Source of the DNA: Octopus sinensis
Lineage: Eukaryota
DNA length: 64,000 nucleotides
Direction: 5' to 3'
NCBI RefSeq assembly: GCF_006345805.1
Contig: NC_043004.1
Span: 10,354,001 to 10,418,000, forward strand
Part shown: positions 1 to 13,037 of the stretch, in pieces
Layout: every line of letters starts with the position of its first letter
Position numbering within the stretch: position 1 is the first letter of the stretch
Made by a program: the position numbers and the translations under genes
Notes under the pieces: model-generated
Told to the model about the DNA's origin: nothing
Database searches by the model: none
The model's input: the letters and a program-made list of their open reading frames with translations, nothing else

Positions 1-245
1 ACAGCCATTCTGCAAAGAATTAAGTAGCAGGAAGCATCATGTGGTAAGGCAAGAAAAATTAAAGACGCTGGTTTGATGTAATTGAGTATTGGCAAGTGAA
101 TCTAAATGTCAGAATGAAGCAGTTAGTTTCTAATCTATCTCATATAAACGTGGTTTGAATACATTTTATTTTGTGTGGGTAGATACTTGCGTGTGTTTAT
201 GTCTCTACATTAGTGTATCTATGTATGTATGTGAATATGTATGAA

Positions 246-287
<42 letters not shown>

Positions 288-1275
288 TGTCTGTGTGTTG
301 TGTTTTTGACTATTTTAAGTCAAGTAGTAGCAGGAAATTAAGTCACTTGTGAAGAACATAGCGCTAAACTTTGCATCATTTATAATAACATATTTCTTAC
401 GTGGACACAAGGCCGTAGTTTTATTAAGAGATGGAAATGAGATTGTGCGGTTTTGGCGCATTTTCGACTTAAATATGTTGAATTAGTTCTATTAGTGTGA
501 CAAAAACTTACACCAGTCTACCACCACCGTTATTTTTCCATTATATTACCTGATAATCTTGTGTGGTAGCAGGCTATTTCAGAAACACAAGTCACATTTC
601 CTTCAAATTATAAACACCTTACGTACAAAGAAGTACTTTGTTGTGTCTGTCTGCAGGGAAAGAAAAGTGTTGATGATTGCTATTGACTTTAACTGATCTG
701 CTTTCTCAGAACTAAACTTTGATCTGCTTGCTCAGAGTAAACATAACTATAGCAACATTAGTGTGGAATGTACCATGACAACAGCAAGAACAACAGTGTC
801 AACTGTGGCTAAAAGAACGACCAAAACGACCAGCAATACAACCAGGCGAAACAGGGAGTGAACAACACGGGAGCAGGTCAGAAATGGAAACAAAAAGCAT
901 TAGCAAAAATAAATACAACAAAGGCGACACAACATAACGGAGCTTGGGGCCAAGCAACCAATGGTTCCATTTTACTTCTTTTATTATTAATTGCCAATTC
1001 ATTACCATTTAACCAATTAACTAATAGATTGTGTTATTAATTGTTCAGTGAATCAATCAATCAAGTAAGTTTGCCAAAATTCTTTCGTGGTCATTTGCGA
1101 TCTCATCAACCACTTGCCCTCTCTACACAGGGTCTACTTCAGATCGTTGGTATTGCGGTATTTTCCGGAGTGTAGTTGATATAATTATTGTCTGTCTCTG
1201 TGTATTGATATTGCCCCAGTTGTACCGTTGCAGTATATGGTAGTGGCTGTTTGTTAGTATTGTAGTCTCGCTGGG

Positions 1276-1661
1276 GTGGAGGCGCAATGGCCCAGTGGTT
1301 AGGGCAGCGGACTCGCGGTCGTAGGATCGCGGTTTCGATTCCCAGACCGGGCATTGTGAGTGTTTATTGAGCGAAAACACCTAAAGCTCCACGATGCTCC
1401 GGCAGGGGATGGTGGTGATCCCTGCTGTACTCTTTCACCACAACTTTCTCTCGCTCTTACTTCCTGTTTCTGTTGAACCTGTATTTCAAAGGGCCGGCCT
1501 TGTCACTCTGTGTCACGCTGAATATCCCCGAGAACTACGTTAAGGGTACACGTGTCTGTGGAGTGCTCAGCCACTTACACGTTAATTTCACGAGCAGGCT
1601 GTTTCATTGATCGGATCAACCGGAACCCTCGTCGTTGTAACCGACGGAGTGCTTCCAGTCC
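1276..1661 (+). mobile_element. tRNA-derived SINE family C (head GGCGCAATGGCCCAGTGGTTAGG), full length; resembles octopus OR-type SINEs
   Basis: tRNA-like A box (TGGCCCAGTGG) and B box (GGTTTCGATTCC); 12-bp TSD AGTCTCGCTGGG at 1264-1275 and 1662-1673; 3' half shared with the element at 1882-2184. Family name from memory only. Confidence 0.9.
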
Positions 1662-1881
1662 AGTCTCGCTGGGAAATGTAGTGGCTATCGACGTACTATG
1701 TAATGTAGTATTACTAGTGTTTTGTTAGGTATATGTTGGTAGTGGCTATGTAGCGTATAGGGGTGTATTTTAGCATGTTGATGATATAGGTGAGTGTCGT
1801 CATATACTATTGTAGTGTTGTTGTGGTGTGTTGTTTACGTGGTTGTATTGATGCAGTGTTGCTGTTGTGTAATGCAGTACT

Positions 1882-2184
1882 AGTGTGGGCGCGTGGCTTA
1901 GTGGTTAGGGCATTCGGCTCATGATCGTAAGGTTGTGAGTTCGATTCCCAGCGACGCGTGGTGTACTTGAACTAAACACTTTATTTCACGTTGCTCCAGT
2001 CCACTCAGCTGGCAAAAATGAGTTGTACCTGTATTTCAAAAGGGCCGAATCTCCTTGCGAACTACGTTAAGGGTACACGTGTCTGTGGAATGCTCAGTCA
2101 TTTGCACGTTAATTTCACGAGCAAGCTGTTCTGTTGATCGTATCAACTGGGACCCTCGTCGTCGTAATCGACGGAGTGCTCCAT
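1882..2184 (+). mobile_element. tRNA-derived CORE-like SINE family D (head GGCGCGTGGCTTAGTGG), full length
   Basis: A/B boxes; CORE-like segment (ACACTTTATTTCACGTTGCTCCAGTCCACTCAGCTG); 12-bp TSD TAATGCAGTACT at 1870-1881 and 2185-2196; same 3' end (…GACGGAGTGCTCCA) as family C. Confidence 0.9.
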
Positions 2185-2391
2185 TAATGCAGTACTGATA
2201 TGTTATAGACGCGTGTTGGTGTTTGACATACAGTGTCATGTTTTGTGCTCTTTCAATGGTTATAGTTTAACCCAGCGTCAATCCTTAGTAAATCTGTGAT
2301 CTGTGATTTATGATTAATGACCAATGATCCAAGGTGTTCCTACCTAAAACAAACTTATTTTCGAGTATTATGCATATTGAATGCCCTTATA

Positions 2392-2456
<65 letters not shown>

Positions 2457-3209
2457 TTCTCTCTGTCTTCTCAAGACAATAAAGTGTAATCGAGAGAGAG
2501 ACTGGTGCTAGTGTTATTCAGCCCCAAAGAACTCTATTCAAACAAATTTTTGATGAAAGTTAGGCAAGTTAATATCATTCTTAATTTTCTTTTAAAGAAG
2601 CTAAATCCCACATTTGATGTTTTATTCTCATTATCAAGACGGCGAAATAAGATTTAAAGAGAAAATGCGATGCTTTTTCCCAGCAAAACGATCGAAGGCA
2701 TACAGTCCCTTTCGTTGGCTTCTGTAAAAATGTAGAATTTTTACAGAATTATAAATAGTAGGTCAGAGAGCTCTAGCTAAAACATAATATGGTAGGTTGG
2801 TAGAAAAGGATTACGGTTTCTGATTTGTCATACACGATTTTTCTGCCTGTTTATAGTAAACTTATTGAAATCTTCTGATGTATCGTAGAAACATAGAGTT
2901 TTAAGTTGGTCTTTGGCATTTCTTAGTTCTTACAATGTCATTAGCGATGGTGGTGTGTGTTCATGGTGTCTGGTGTCTGTTGATGTCCCTGGTTTTATTG
3001 TAAAGTGTAGGAAGTGGTAATTTTGGTGTTGCTGTTGATGGCGGTATTGGTTAATGCGTTGTAGGGAGATTGGGGTAGACGCGGTATTGTTATTGTTGGT
3101 TGAGGAGTTGAAGGTTAAGAGGATTTCAGTATTATCAGATTTTGTGTAAAGTATTTTACATCCATTAGATGTAAATGTTGGTCACCACACGGTATTATGT
3201 TATTACCAT

Positions 3210-3394
3210 TTACCATCATATATATATATATATATTCCTTACACACACACACATATAAGGTATATAACTATATATTCATATATGTATATATATATATAAA
3301 CATAAACATGCACACAAATATAGTGTTTACATATATTTTACATATATATATAATGTAAGTATAAGATATACTAAATATGTATTCGAATAAACAA

Positions 3395-3472
<78 letters not shown>

Positions 3473-3556
3473 GTACGTATGTATGCATGTATGTATGTAT
3501 ATGTATATGTATATGTATATATATACACTCACACATACACACACACAGACACACAG

Positions 3557-3595
<39 letters not shown>
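3210..3595. repeat. compound (TA)n/(TG)n/(CA)n microsatellite
   Basis: Directly visible dinucleotide runs. Confidence 0.95.
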
Positions 3596-4312
3596 AGCTT
3601 TCTTTCTGTGTACGTATTATGCTTTGTTGTTCGATCTAGTATATACAACCACTTAGAGCCAAAGTACAAAATGGCAAAACAATGATAAAATCAAGTAATA
3701 TTGAGAAAATAAATGAATAAATAATAAATAAATAAATAAATAAATAAATAAATGACTCGATATATAAATAATAACAAGTATAATGGCGGAATTTTTTTAC
3801 GAACGCATGAGACATCGCCAGTGTATAGAAGTGTAAAGAGGAATTTTGAAGCACTACTGTTAAGAATTTAAGACACCCATGGAAACTGAAGTAAATTAAA
3901 TGATATCGTGATAATCTTAGAACTGGTTGAGCCCCAATTTAATAATCATTGTATCGGTCCCTAGCATCGGATTGATTTTTTTTTATTTGATTGGGCAGTC
4001 GGGAATAAACTGACCGGAGTTGCGTTTGGGATTTTAGCATTTGTCCATTTCACTAGAGCTAGCATTGAGCTAAACCGCAATAACTATATTGGTTAAGCAT
4101 TCAAACATCTTTTTAAGTCTTCGAGGTATTTATTCGGTTTTAAATCGTTGGATTCAATAATACAATAATCGCTCGCCACATTGCGGTTCACCGATCGCGC
4201 CGTCAGTATATCGCAGATTTTTGTGGCTAATACATGTAAATTTATATCGCAGACTCCTCAGTATATCGCGGGTTTCTGCGGCCAAAAGATATGTATGTAT
4301 GTTGTATGTATG

Positions 4313-4700
4313 TTACTTGTTTCAGTCATTTGACTGCAGCCATGCTGGAGCACCGCCTGTAGTCGAGCAAATCGACCCCGGGACTTATTCTTTGTAAGCC
4401 CAGTACTTATTCTATCGGTCTCTTTTGCCGAACCGCTAAGTGACGGGGACGTAAACACACCAGCATCGTTTGTCAAGCAATGCTAGGGGGACAAACACAG
4501 ACACACAAACATACACACACACACACACACATATATATACATACATATATACGACAGGCTTCTTTCAGTTTCCGTCTACCAAATCCACTCACAAGGCATT
4601 GGTTGGCCCGGGGCTATAGCAGAAGACACTTGCCCAGGATGCCACGCAGTGGGACTGAACCTGGATCCATGTGGTTGGTTAGCAAGCTACTTACCACACA
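4313..4700 (-). mobile_element. SINE family A (head GGCGCAGGAGTGGCTGTGTGGTAAG, internal (TA)n(TG)n, tail GCATGGCCGCAGTCAAATGACTGAAACAAG)
   Basis: Matches many other copies in the window (e.g. 53382-53835) in reverse orientation; first ~15 nt of head missing. Confidence 0.9.
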
Positions 4701-5054
4701 TATTTTTTTAAATTATAATTATTTCTGTGGTAAAATAAGCGTTTTCACACCTAAAAATTAATAAATTAATGAATAGAAATACAGTACCGTACTTCACACA
4801 TTAATCAAGAAAATACGTAGTGTACCGTAGATGAGTAAACAAATAATCGCACATATTGTATGGAAAACAAAATTCGAGAAACTAATGATACAGGGCTGAA
4901 AGAAATACCACTAAGCATTTTGTCCGACGATTATGCCTGTTGTTCACCTTGTTCACCACCCTCTGACTAATATTGTATTGGTACAAGGCCTTTGGTACAA
5001 CACCACGAGTGTGGTATTGTTTTGCATTTATGATAAAGTAGATATATACAAATA

Positions 5055-5115
<61 letters not shown>

Positions 5116-5117
<2 letters not shown>

Positions 5118-5600
5118 TACAAGGCAGTGGCTCTCATGGCTTCTGATCTTAACTGATTGGAAGTGTTATCAATGTACATTGTTTTGTCTTGGTATAAAGG
5201 ATGGGCTACAGCAAATATTTTGCTTAATACCAAAGATTTGCTTGTCAGTTGTTTGACCTTAACCAGTTGGGCATGTCCGTTAGTGGCTGACGATATGGGC
5301 ATCTCTGATCACGAGCAGAGCTAGTGGGGAAGCATCATAGCCATGTGTTGAGAGGGATTCTTTGGGGTTTGAATAATTCACCTCTGGAAACATGGGTGTT
5401 TTGTTCATCATCCTTAAGCAACCCTTATTCAGGGACCTTTTGAGCGGGATGGGTTACTCGACCAGAAGAAAATTCTAACTGGGCCCCACCTGCAAGGTCA
5501 TGTGCTGATTATTTTGATCTGAGATCACCATGTCGCGCACATATGGTTGTGATGCATGTACCTGGTGTACCTATATAAGACGGGAAATCATGATGGGTAC
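5116..5600 (+). mobile_element. probable 3' UTR fragment of a (TAA)n-associated LINE
   Basis: Higher-GC island starting exactly at the end of an (AAT)n tract; resembles from memory an abundant octopus LINE 3' UTR. Single copy in this window, so not independently confirmed. Confidence 0.4.
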
Positions 5601-5626
5601 ACACGCACACACATACACACGCACAA

Positions 5627-5687
<61 letters not shown>

Positions 5688-5711
5688 CACACACACACAT
5701 GTATATATACA

Positions 5712-5850
5712 TATATACGACACTCACAAGGCTTTGGTATACCCGAGGCTATAGTAGAAGATACTTCCCCAAGGTGCCACGCAGTGGGAGTGAACCCGGA
5801 ACCATGTGGTTCGTATGCAAGCTACTTACCACACAGCCACTCCTGCGCCT
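5712..5850 (-). mobile_element. SINE family A head fragment
   Basis: Reverse complement of the family A tRNA head, ending …CACAGCCACTCCTGCGCCT. Confidence 0.85.
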
Positions 5851-5975
5851 ATTCTGTAATTAAGGGTAATTTGAGTTGTTCCGATGTAACGAGCTAGTTG
5901 ACCGTTAATTATAATGGATTATTCAGTCTCTTTGTAGTTAGGATGTGTTATTAATCATTTGCTTTAATTACAGAC

Positions 5976-6030
<55 letters not shown>

Positions 6031-6344
6031 CATATATATGTTTTTATGTATTTATATACGTAATTTTTAATTCAATCTAATTCTATTGCCCATTTTTATC
6101 TTACTGTTTTACTTTTAATAAGCAATTTATTTGGTTAATATATTAAAATATATTGAACTTGTTTCATCCAGATTGATCTAAGCTTGTCCTTTTCTTTGTA
6201 CCTTGTTCGAGGACATTGTTTACGATATGTGCTGTTTCACCAATCTATATTCGGTTTGTTTTGCGGGTGACATCTTGTTCGTGACATGAGGTTGATTGAA
6301 AAGCAAAGTATCTAGTAGTCTGTACTTGCTATAGTGATTGAAGG

Positions 6345-6750
6345 GAAGGCAGTGAGCTGGCAGAAACGTTAGCACGCCGCGCGAAATGCTTAGCGGTATT
6401 TCGTCTGTCTTTACGTTCTGAGTTCAAATTCCGCCGTGGTCGACTTTGCCTTTCATCCTTTCGGGGTAGATTAAATAAGTACCAGCTACGCACTGGGGTC
6501 GATTTAATCGACTTAATCTGTTTTTCTGTCATTGTTTGTCCTCTCTGTGTTCAGCCCCTTGTGGGTAGTAAAGAAATAGGTATTCCGTCTGTCTTTATGT
6601 TCTGAGTTCAAATTCCGCCGAGATCGACTTTGCCTTTCATCCTTTCAGGGTCGATAAATTAAGTACCAGTTACGCACTGGGGTCGATCTAATCGACTGGC
6701 TCCTTCCCCCAAAGTTTCGGGCCTTGTACCTACAGTAGAAAAGTATATTT
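6345..6750 (+). mobile_element. SINE family B dimer (head GGCGGCGAGCTGGCAG; body-tailA-body-tailB)
   Basis: Central GACTTTGCCTTTCATCCTTTCGGGGTCGATAAAT…AGTACCAG domain (Meta/MESC-like by recollection) present twice; TSD ATTGAAGG at 6337-6344 and 6751-6758. Confidence 0.9.
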
Positions 6751-7383
6751 ATTGAAGGTCCTTTTTGGGATAAGTTCTTTCTTATAAGTAAGTATTTTGG
6801 TACACGTTACCACTATTTGTTTACTCTGTAGTAATAAGCTGGTGGATTCCCAAGCAGCGTTTACATCTTTAACGCTGTTGTCTCGGCGGGACTGAATGGT
6901 AGCGCTCAGGTGTCGAAACCACAGTGATATCCGATTGGCAGCTGATGATACGCATTTTTAAAGCTTGATAGTGAATTTCTTACATCATAGTTTCGTTATT
7001 ACTTTTTATAGGTAATGCTTAGATATTGGGACTTCGTTTTGGGCGGCTCTGTGGCATATATAAATATATATCTGTGTGTCTCTGTGTATGTGTGTTGTGT
7101 GTGCGCGCGTGTGTTTGTGTAAATTAAGAATATATAAATTGCTTATCACTAGTGTTACAACGATGTCTGTAGCAAGTTCCAAATACAGAATATTTATTTT
7201 TCATTAAGAAAGAAATGTATCGAAGAACGACAGAAAAGAAGGTATTCAACCAAAGCGAAGCAGTTCAGCAGTTTGTGTGAGATGTTGTATCAGTAATGAT
7301 AACTGTCGTAGTTGTGTGGGTTCTCGCAGCTACATGGCTTAAGCTCTTTCACGACCATTGTCGTCTCTCCTCGTCGTTGTGGT

Positions 7384-7966
7384 CTTCTTCTTCTTCTTCT
7401 TCTTCTTCTTCTTCTTCTTCTTCTTCTTCTTCTTCTTCTTCTTCTTCTTCTTCTTCTTCTTCTTCTTCTTCTTCTTCTTCTTCTTCTTCGTATTCTTTCA
7501 ATCAGGACTCACTCCATTAGCCACAAGAATAATCTCTAATTCGAGCCTACTCTAAGCTACTAAGAATGCGTGTGGCAACTTGAAAATCCATCCACCACAC
7601 GCGGTAGACTGGTGGTTGCACGGACGCGAAAGCTACGTTGTTATCCTCATTCTGTAAACGATAGCTTTCAACGGGTGGGGAGCTGAACCATCCTGGGAAT
7701 CGCAATCTAGACGAGGGTCTGAAAGTTTACCACACCATAGTGGGTTACACCATGGTTCTTTTGCTTTGTGGAAAAAGTAGGAAGAAAGATTAAGAGAAAG
7801 TTGTGGTGAAAGAGTACAGCAGGGTTCACCTCCACCCCGCCGGAGCATCGTGGAACTTAAAGGTGTTTTTGCTCAATAAACACTCACAATGCTCGGTCTA
7901 GGAATTTAAACCGCGTTCTTATGACCCCGAGTCAGCTGCCCTAACTACTGGGCCATTGCGCCCCCG
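7384..7966 (-). mobile_element. SINE with family C head, a different 3' body and a (GAA)n tail
   Basis: Head matches 1281-1460; 14-bp TSD CTCGTCGTTGTGGT at 7370-7383 and 7967-7980; (TTC)n at 7384-7488 is the sense-strand (GAA)n tail. Confidence 0.9.
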
Positions 7967-8289
7967 CTCGTCGTTGTGGTTGTTAGCCGATGCGATGTTC
8001 TTGGTTGACTTACGAGCACTTACAGGTCAGCAGAAAAACAAATGTATATATGGCTACTGTCTGTCAAAGGAAGAAAAAAAACAGAGCGCAAGAAATACAA
8101 TGTGAATGATGTCCTGTTTCTATCTGAGATTTCAGTAGTTGCTGGCTCTGTTAGTGGTCCATATGGTTTTGATATGTTTAATATATTTAACGTTGTATAG
8201 ACGACAGAGTTTTAGAATGTTCAACACTGAGTGTGGCCGTTGTTATTGTTGGTTACAGAGTCAATTGCTTTTTCATTATTTAATCATTG

Positions 8290-8750
8290 GAGGGCGGCGA
8301 GCTGGCAGAATCGTTAGCACGCCGGGCGAAATGCTAACGGTATTTCGTCTGCAGTTACGTTCTGAGTTCAAATTCCACTGAGGTTGACTTTGCCTTTCAT
8401 CATTTCGGGGTCGATTAAATAAGCACCAGTTACTCACTAGGGTCGATGTGATCGACTGAATCCCTTTGTCTGTTCTTGTTTGTCCCCTATATGTTTAAAC
8501 CCCTGTGGGCAATAAAAAATAATTATTTAATCATTGAAAGGCAGCGAATTGGCAGAATCGTTAGCACGCCGGGCGAAATGTTAACGGTATTCCATCTGTA
8601 TTTACGTTCTGAGTTCAAATTCCGCCGAAGTCGATTTTGCCTTTTATCTTTTCGGGGTCGATAAATTAAGTAACAGTTCCATACTGGGGTCGATCTAATC
8701 GACTGGCCCCCTCCTAAAAAATTTCGGGAATTGTGCCTAGAGTAGAAAAA
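8290..8750 (+). mobile_element. two tandem full SINE family B copies (8290-8521 tail A; 8537-8750 tail B)
   Basis: Two heads; ATTATTTAATCATTG occurs three times (8275-8289, 8522-8536, 8751-8765). Confidence 0.9.
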
Positions 8751-8861
8751 ATTATTTAATCATTGGTTTCTGTTACCACAGTTTCTGCAAATCTCTAGGA
8801 ATCGCGAGATTGAGAACGTTATGAATTTTATTGAACAGTTGTAGGAGAGAAAAACAAAGCT

Positions 8862-9010
8862 AGGCGCAGATGTGGCCGTGGGACAAAGAAGTTTGCATTC
8901 CAAATACATGGTTTCGAGTTCATTCCCACTCCGTGGCATCTTCGGGATGTGTCTTCTAAAGCCCTGCGCTGACCAAACCTTACTGAGTGCATAAGGAAAA
9001 GAAGCCCGTC
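8862..9010 (+). mobile_element. diverged SINE family A head
   Basis: Degenerate match to the family A 5' region, ending GAAAAGAAGCCCGTCG. Confidence 0.7.
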
Positions 9011-9620
9011 GAGGACCGTGAAACCATCCAGCTTTGAGATGCAGTGACTCATATAGTGTTAACAAAAAGGCAGACTGACGAGAGAGAAAGAAATAGAGAG
9101 ATAAAGGGAGAGAAAGTGAGAGAGAGAGAACACATCAGGCCCCTTTTTTAAGGACGCAATCTAGGATTGCTATGTGTGCAGTAGCTAAATGCAGAGAGGT
9201 AGCTAGAATGTGTGCAGCCTGGAACAGCCCTTTATTCTACTGCCCTCTTCTTATACATACTTATAAAGTAGACTCAAAACTGCCATTTCTATAAAATCAT
9301 CGCCCACGGTGGACCTTCCTATTTCCCTCCCCCGTACCTACGCATTTGCCTAGATGGCCGAGCAGTACTACTTACTTTCGAATTTCGTTTAAACATCGTT
9401 GTTGTTAGAGCCTTAAGTAATTTCTGTTTCTGAAGAGGAAGGTGAGATTTTGTGATGCTTTTTTTTCCTATGCTGATATTGTATGTTCATCAGGGGAGAT
9501 CCTTATGTATAATGATAGCTGGTTTTAAAGCTATTATGGAATTTCTACTTGCGTATTGGTCATGTACAAATGAGAGAATAAGATTTGGAAATGTTTCTTG
9601 ATATGTCTAGCGACCATGTC

Positions 9621-9880
9621 GGAGACCCCCTTCGGTCAGAAATGACCATGGGATTGCATCTAGAAAGTTACCTCCTAGGCACAAGTTCGGGCAAGGTTGT
9701 TCATGGAAGACTAGCAGTCGCCCATGCGTACCAGCCTCCCCTCTCCATGCCACCGATGTTATCCAAGGGAAAGGTAAAGGCTGATACAGCTTGGCCACAG
9801 TGACGTCGCAACTCATTTCTGCAGCTGAGTGAACTGGAGCAACGTGAAATATAGTGTCTTGCTCAAGAACACAACACGCA
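9621..9880 (-). mobile_element. 5'-truncated CORE-like SINE with a third type of 3' body
   Basis: Reverse complement contains GTTCTTGAGCAAGACACTATATTTCACGTTGCTCCAGTTCACTCAGCTG, matching the family D core. Confidence 0.7.
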
Positions 9881-10079
9881 TAGACTGCTATTTTTGTTAT
9901 GGCTGATTTCTTTTCTAATCCCTCGTCAGCCTAGATCTTTCAGGCCATTATCAACGATATTCTAGACAGAACCATCCAGTAATGTTCTCATGGTTGCTGT
10001 TCTCACTGTTTGTAATGCGTTGGTGAATGATGTGGTTGCTAGTTAGAGGCATCATCTTCTGCAAATCATCACTTTCAAT

Positions 10080-10535
10080 ATCATTATAATGATGATGATG
10101 ACGATGATGATGATCTACCGCCACCACCACAATCATCATCAATATCAACATCACTATTATGATCAACATGGTCATCATCATCATCATCACCATCATCACC
10201 ACTATCATCGTGGTGGTGGTCAATCGCAATACGCCTAATCTTCATCATCCGTATTATTATGGTTATGATTATCGATATCATTGTCATCACAACTGTTGTT
10301 GTCTTGGCCGTCGTCATTTTATCCTCCTCTTCTTCTTCCTCCTTATTTTCATCCTTTCGGGATCGATGTAATAAGTACCAGTGTTGTACTGGTGCCGATG
10401 TAATTGACTAGTCATCTCCAACCAAATTCAAGCCTTGTTCCTATAGTAGGATTATTATTATTATTATTATCATCATCATCATCATCATCATCATCAACAT
10501 CATCATCATCATCATCATCAACATCATCATCATCA

Positions 10536-10609
<74 letters not shown>

Positions 10610-10694
10610 GTTGTTGTTGTTGTTATTATTATTGTTATCATTATTGCTGTTGTTATTGTTGTTATTATAAATATGATTATTATTATTATTATTA

Positions 10695-10737
<43 letters not shown>

Positions 10738-11489
10738 GCTATTATCATTATTGTTATTATTGTTATTATTATTATGATTATTATTATATGAAAACTCACA
10801 GCTTATTTTGCTGGATGTGATAGAACGTGTCAGCTGTCCACAGCCAGCAGACTAAGGTGACACTTGTTTACTGATTGATCATGCTTCAAGAACCCTGCGA
10901 AGAATTCTTGCAGTTCCAAGCAATGCTGATTCTTGTAGGTGTTCTACCGTCACACTTGTACCGATCTTTTTCAGCCATGTTAGTAGCTGACTGCTGATAC
11001 TTCCAAGTGCACCAATTACTATTGGTATCCTGTCTACTCTCCTCCTTGACCACAACCTTCGTATTTCCCACGTTAAATCATTGTAGTTGTTTATTTTTTC
11101 TTCTTCTTACACATCGATCCTGTTGTTACCGGGGCATGTTATGTCGATTACTACACATGTTCTTTCTTTTTTTTATTCACCACAACAATGTCCAGTTTCT
11201 TATGTCTGGTCAGGTGATCGTACTGGATTATTACATCATACCTGATGTTGCAGTTCTCTTTTTGGGTGATTCCTTCTGGGGTTTGTTCATACAACGTCTT
11301 TGCTCTTTGTAGGCTGTGATTTCCGCAAAGTTCCCGATGGATCATTCTTGCCACTTTATCATGGCGTCGTTTGTAATCGCGTAGTGCCAAATTCGGGCAT
11401 TCGCTAACGATGTGCCATACCGTTTCACCCCTCTCATCACACAATCTGCATTTGTCACTATCAGTAGTGTTGTCTTTTCTGCACATATG

Positions 11490-11563
<74 letters not shown>

Positions 11564-11835
11564 CATCATCATCATCATCATCATCATCTTCATTATTATT
11601 ATTATTACTATGGTGATGATGATAATCATGATGATCTACCATCATCGCTACCATCGTCATCCTCCTCCTCTCATCGTCGCTCTTGTCGTCGTCGTCGTCA
11701 TCACCACAACCACCATCATCATCTTTGTCATCATCGTCATCACCATCGTCATCGTCATCACCATCATCATCAGTATCATCGTCATCGTCATCATCATCGT
11801 CATCATCATCATCATCATCGTCGTCATCGTCGTCG

Positions 11836-11870
<35 letters not shown>

Positions 11871-11877
11871 GTCATCG

Positions 11878-11922
<45 letters not shown>

Positions 11923-12411
11923 ACGTCATCATCCTCTTCCTCAACACCATCGACATCCACAACGTCATCGACGTTACGTAGCTAGTACCACCGCAGTACC
12001 ATTGATGAAGAAACAAATCACTCATCTGCGATGTGAGGCGAACAGTAATGCAGTAATGGAGATTACAGCCAACAATGATTGATTTCGCCATTTTGTCTTT
12101 CTTGAAATATTTTTACTCTTGTCATTCTTCTTGTTAATATATTGTTAGCTGTGTTTTTCTTTTATATATCTTTTTTGAAACTTTTTTTTTTGCTATCGCT
12201 TGTTTACTGCTTTTGATGCTGTTGTTGTTGTTTCTCTTGTTTTTTCAGCCGTCGCTCTCGTATTCGTTTGTTGCTGTTGTTGCTGCTGCTGCTGTTGTTG
12301 TTGTTGTTGTTTCTTCTTCTTCTTCTTCTTCTTCTTCTTCTTCTCTTCTTCTTCTTCTTCTTCTTCTTCTCCTCTCCTCCTCCTTCATCATCATCATCAT
12401 CATCATCATCA

Positions 12412-12442
<31 letters not shown>

Positions 12443-12560
12443 GTCGTCGTCGTCGTCGTCATCGTCTTGTTCTTGTTCTTGTTCTTGTTCTTGTTCTTGT
12501 TCTTGTTCTTCTTGTTCTTCTTGTTCTTGTTCTTCTTGTTCTTCTTGTTCTCTTCTTCTT

Positions 12561-12623
<63 letters not shown>

Positions 12624-12849
12624 TCATCATCACCATCATCATCATCGCCAATTTTATTGTTATTGTTACTGTCATTACTATCGTCATCATCATCAACAGT
12701 TACCACCACCACCACCACCACCATCATCATCAATATTATTGTTATTGTTATGATAATCATTATTATTGTCGTCATCATCATCGACGCTGTTGTTATTATT
12801 ATCACTATCATCCTCAGTAGTATTGTTGTCATCATCATCATCATCATCA

Positions 12850-12900
<51 letters not shown>

Positions 12901-12908
12901 CATCATCA

Positions 12909-12953
<45 letters not shown>

Positions 12954-12984
12954 TGTTTTTTTTTAATTATCATCATCATCATTA

Positions 12985-13037
<53 letters not shown>

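Noticed and set aside
799-1008. 69-aa minus-strand ORF with a hydrophobic stretch
   Set aside because: Composition follows from a CA-rich low-complexity strand; no recognisable motif or splice support.
1281-1350. tRNA-like sequences at SINE heads (also 1888, 7900, 53382, 56239)
   Set aside because: They continue into SINE bodies with TSDs and lack a complete cloverleaf; not tRNA genes.
1130-2240. CA-rich minus-strand sequence reconstituted after removing two SINEs, possibly LINE ORF1
   Set aside because: All frames have stops and no diagnostic motif is visible.
6885-6930. CTGAATG…GAAAC hammerhead-like spacing
   Set aside because: Core is not CUGANGA, stem II is poor and there is no valid NUH with stem III.
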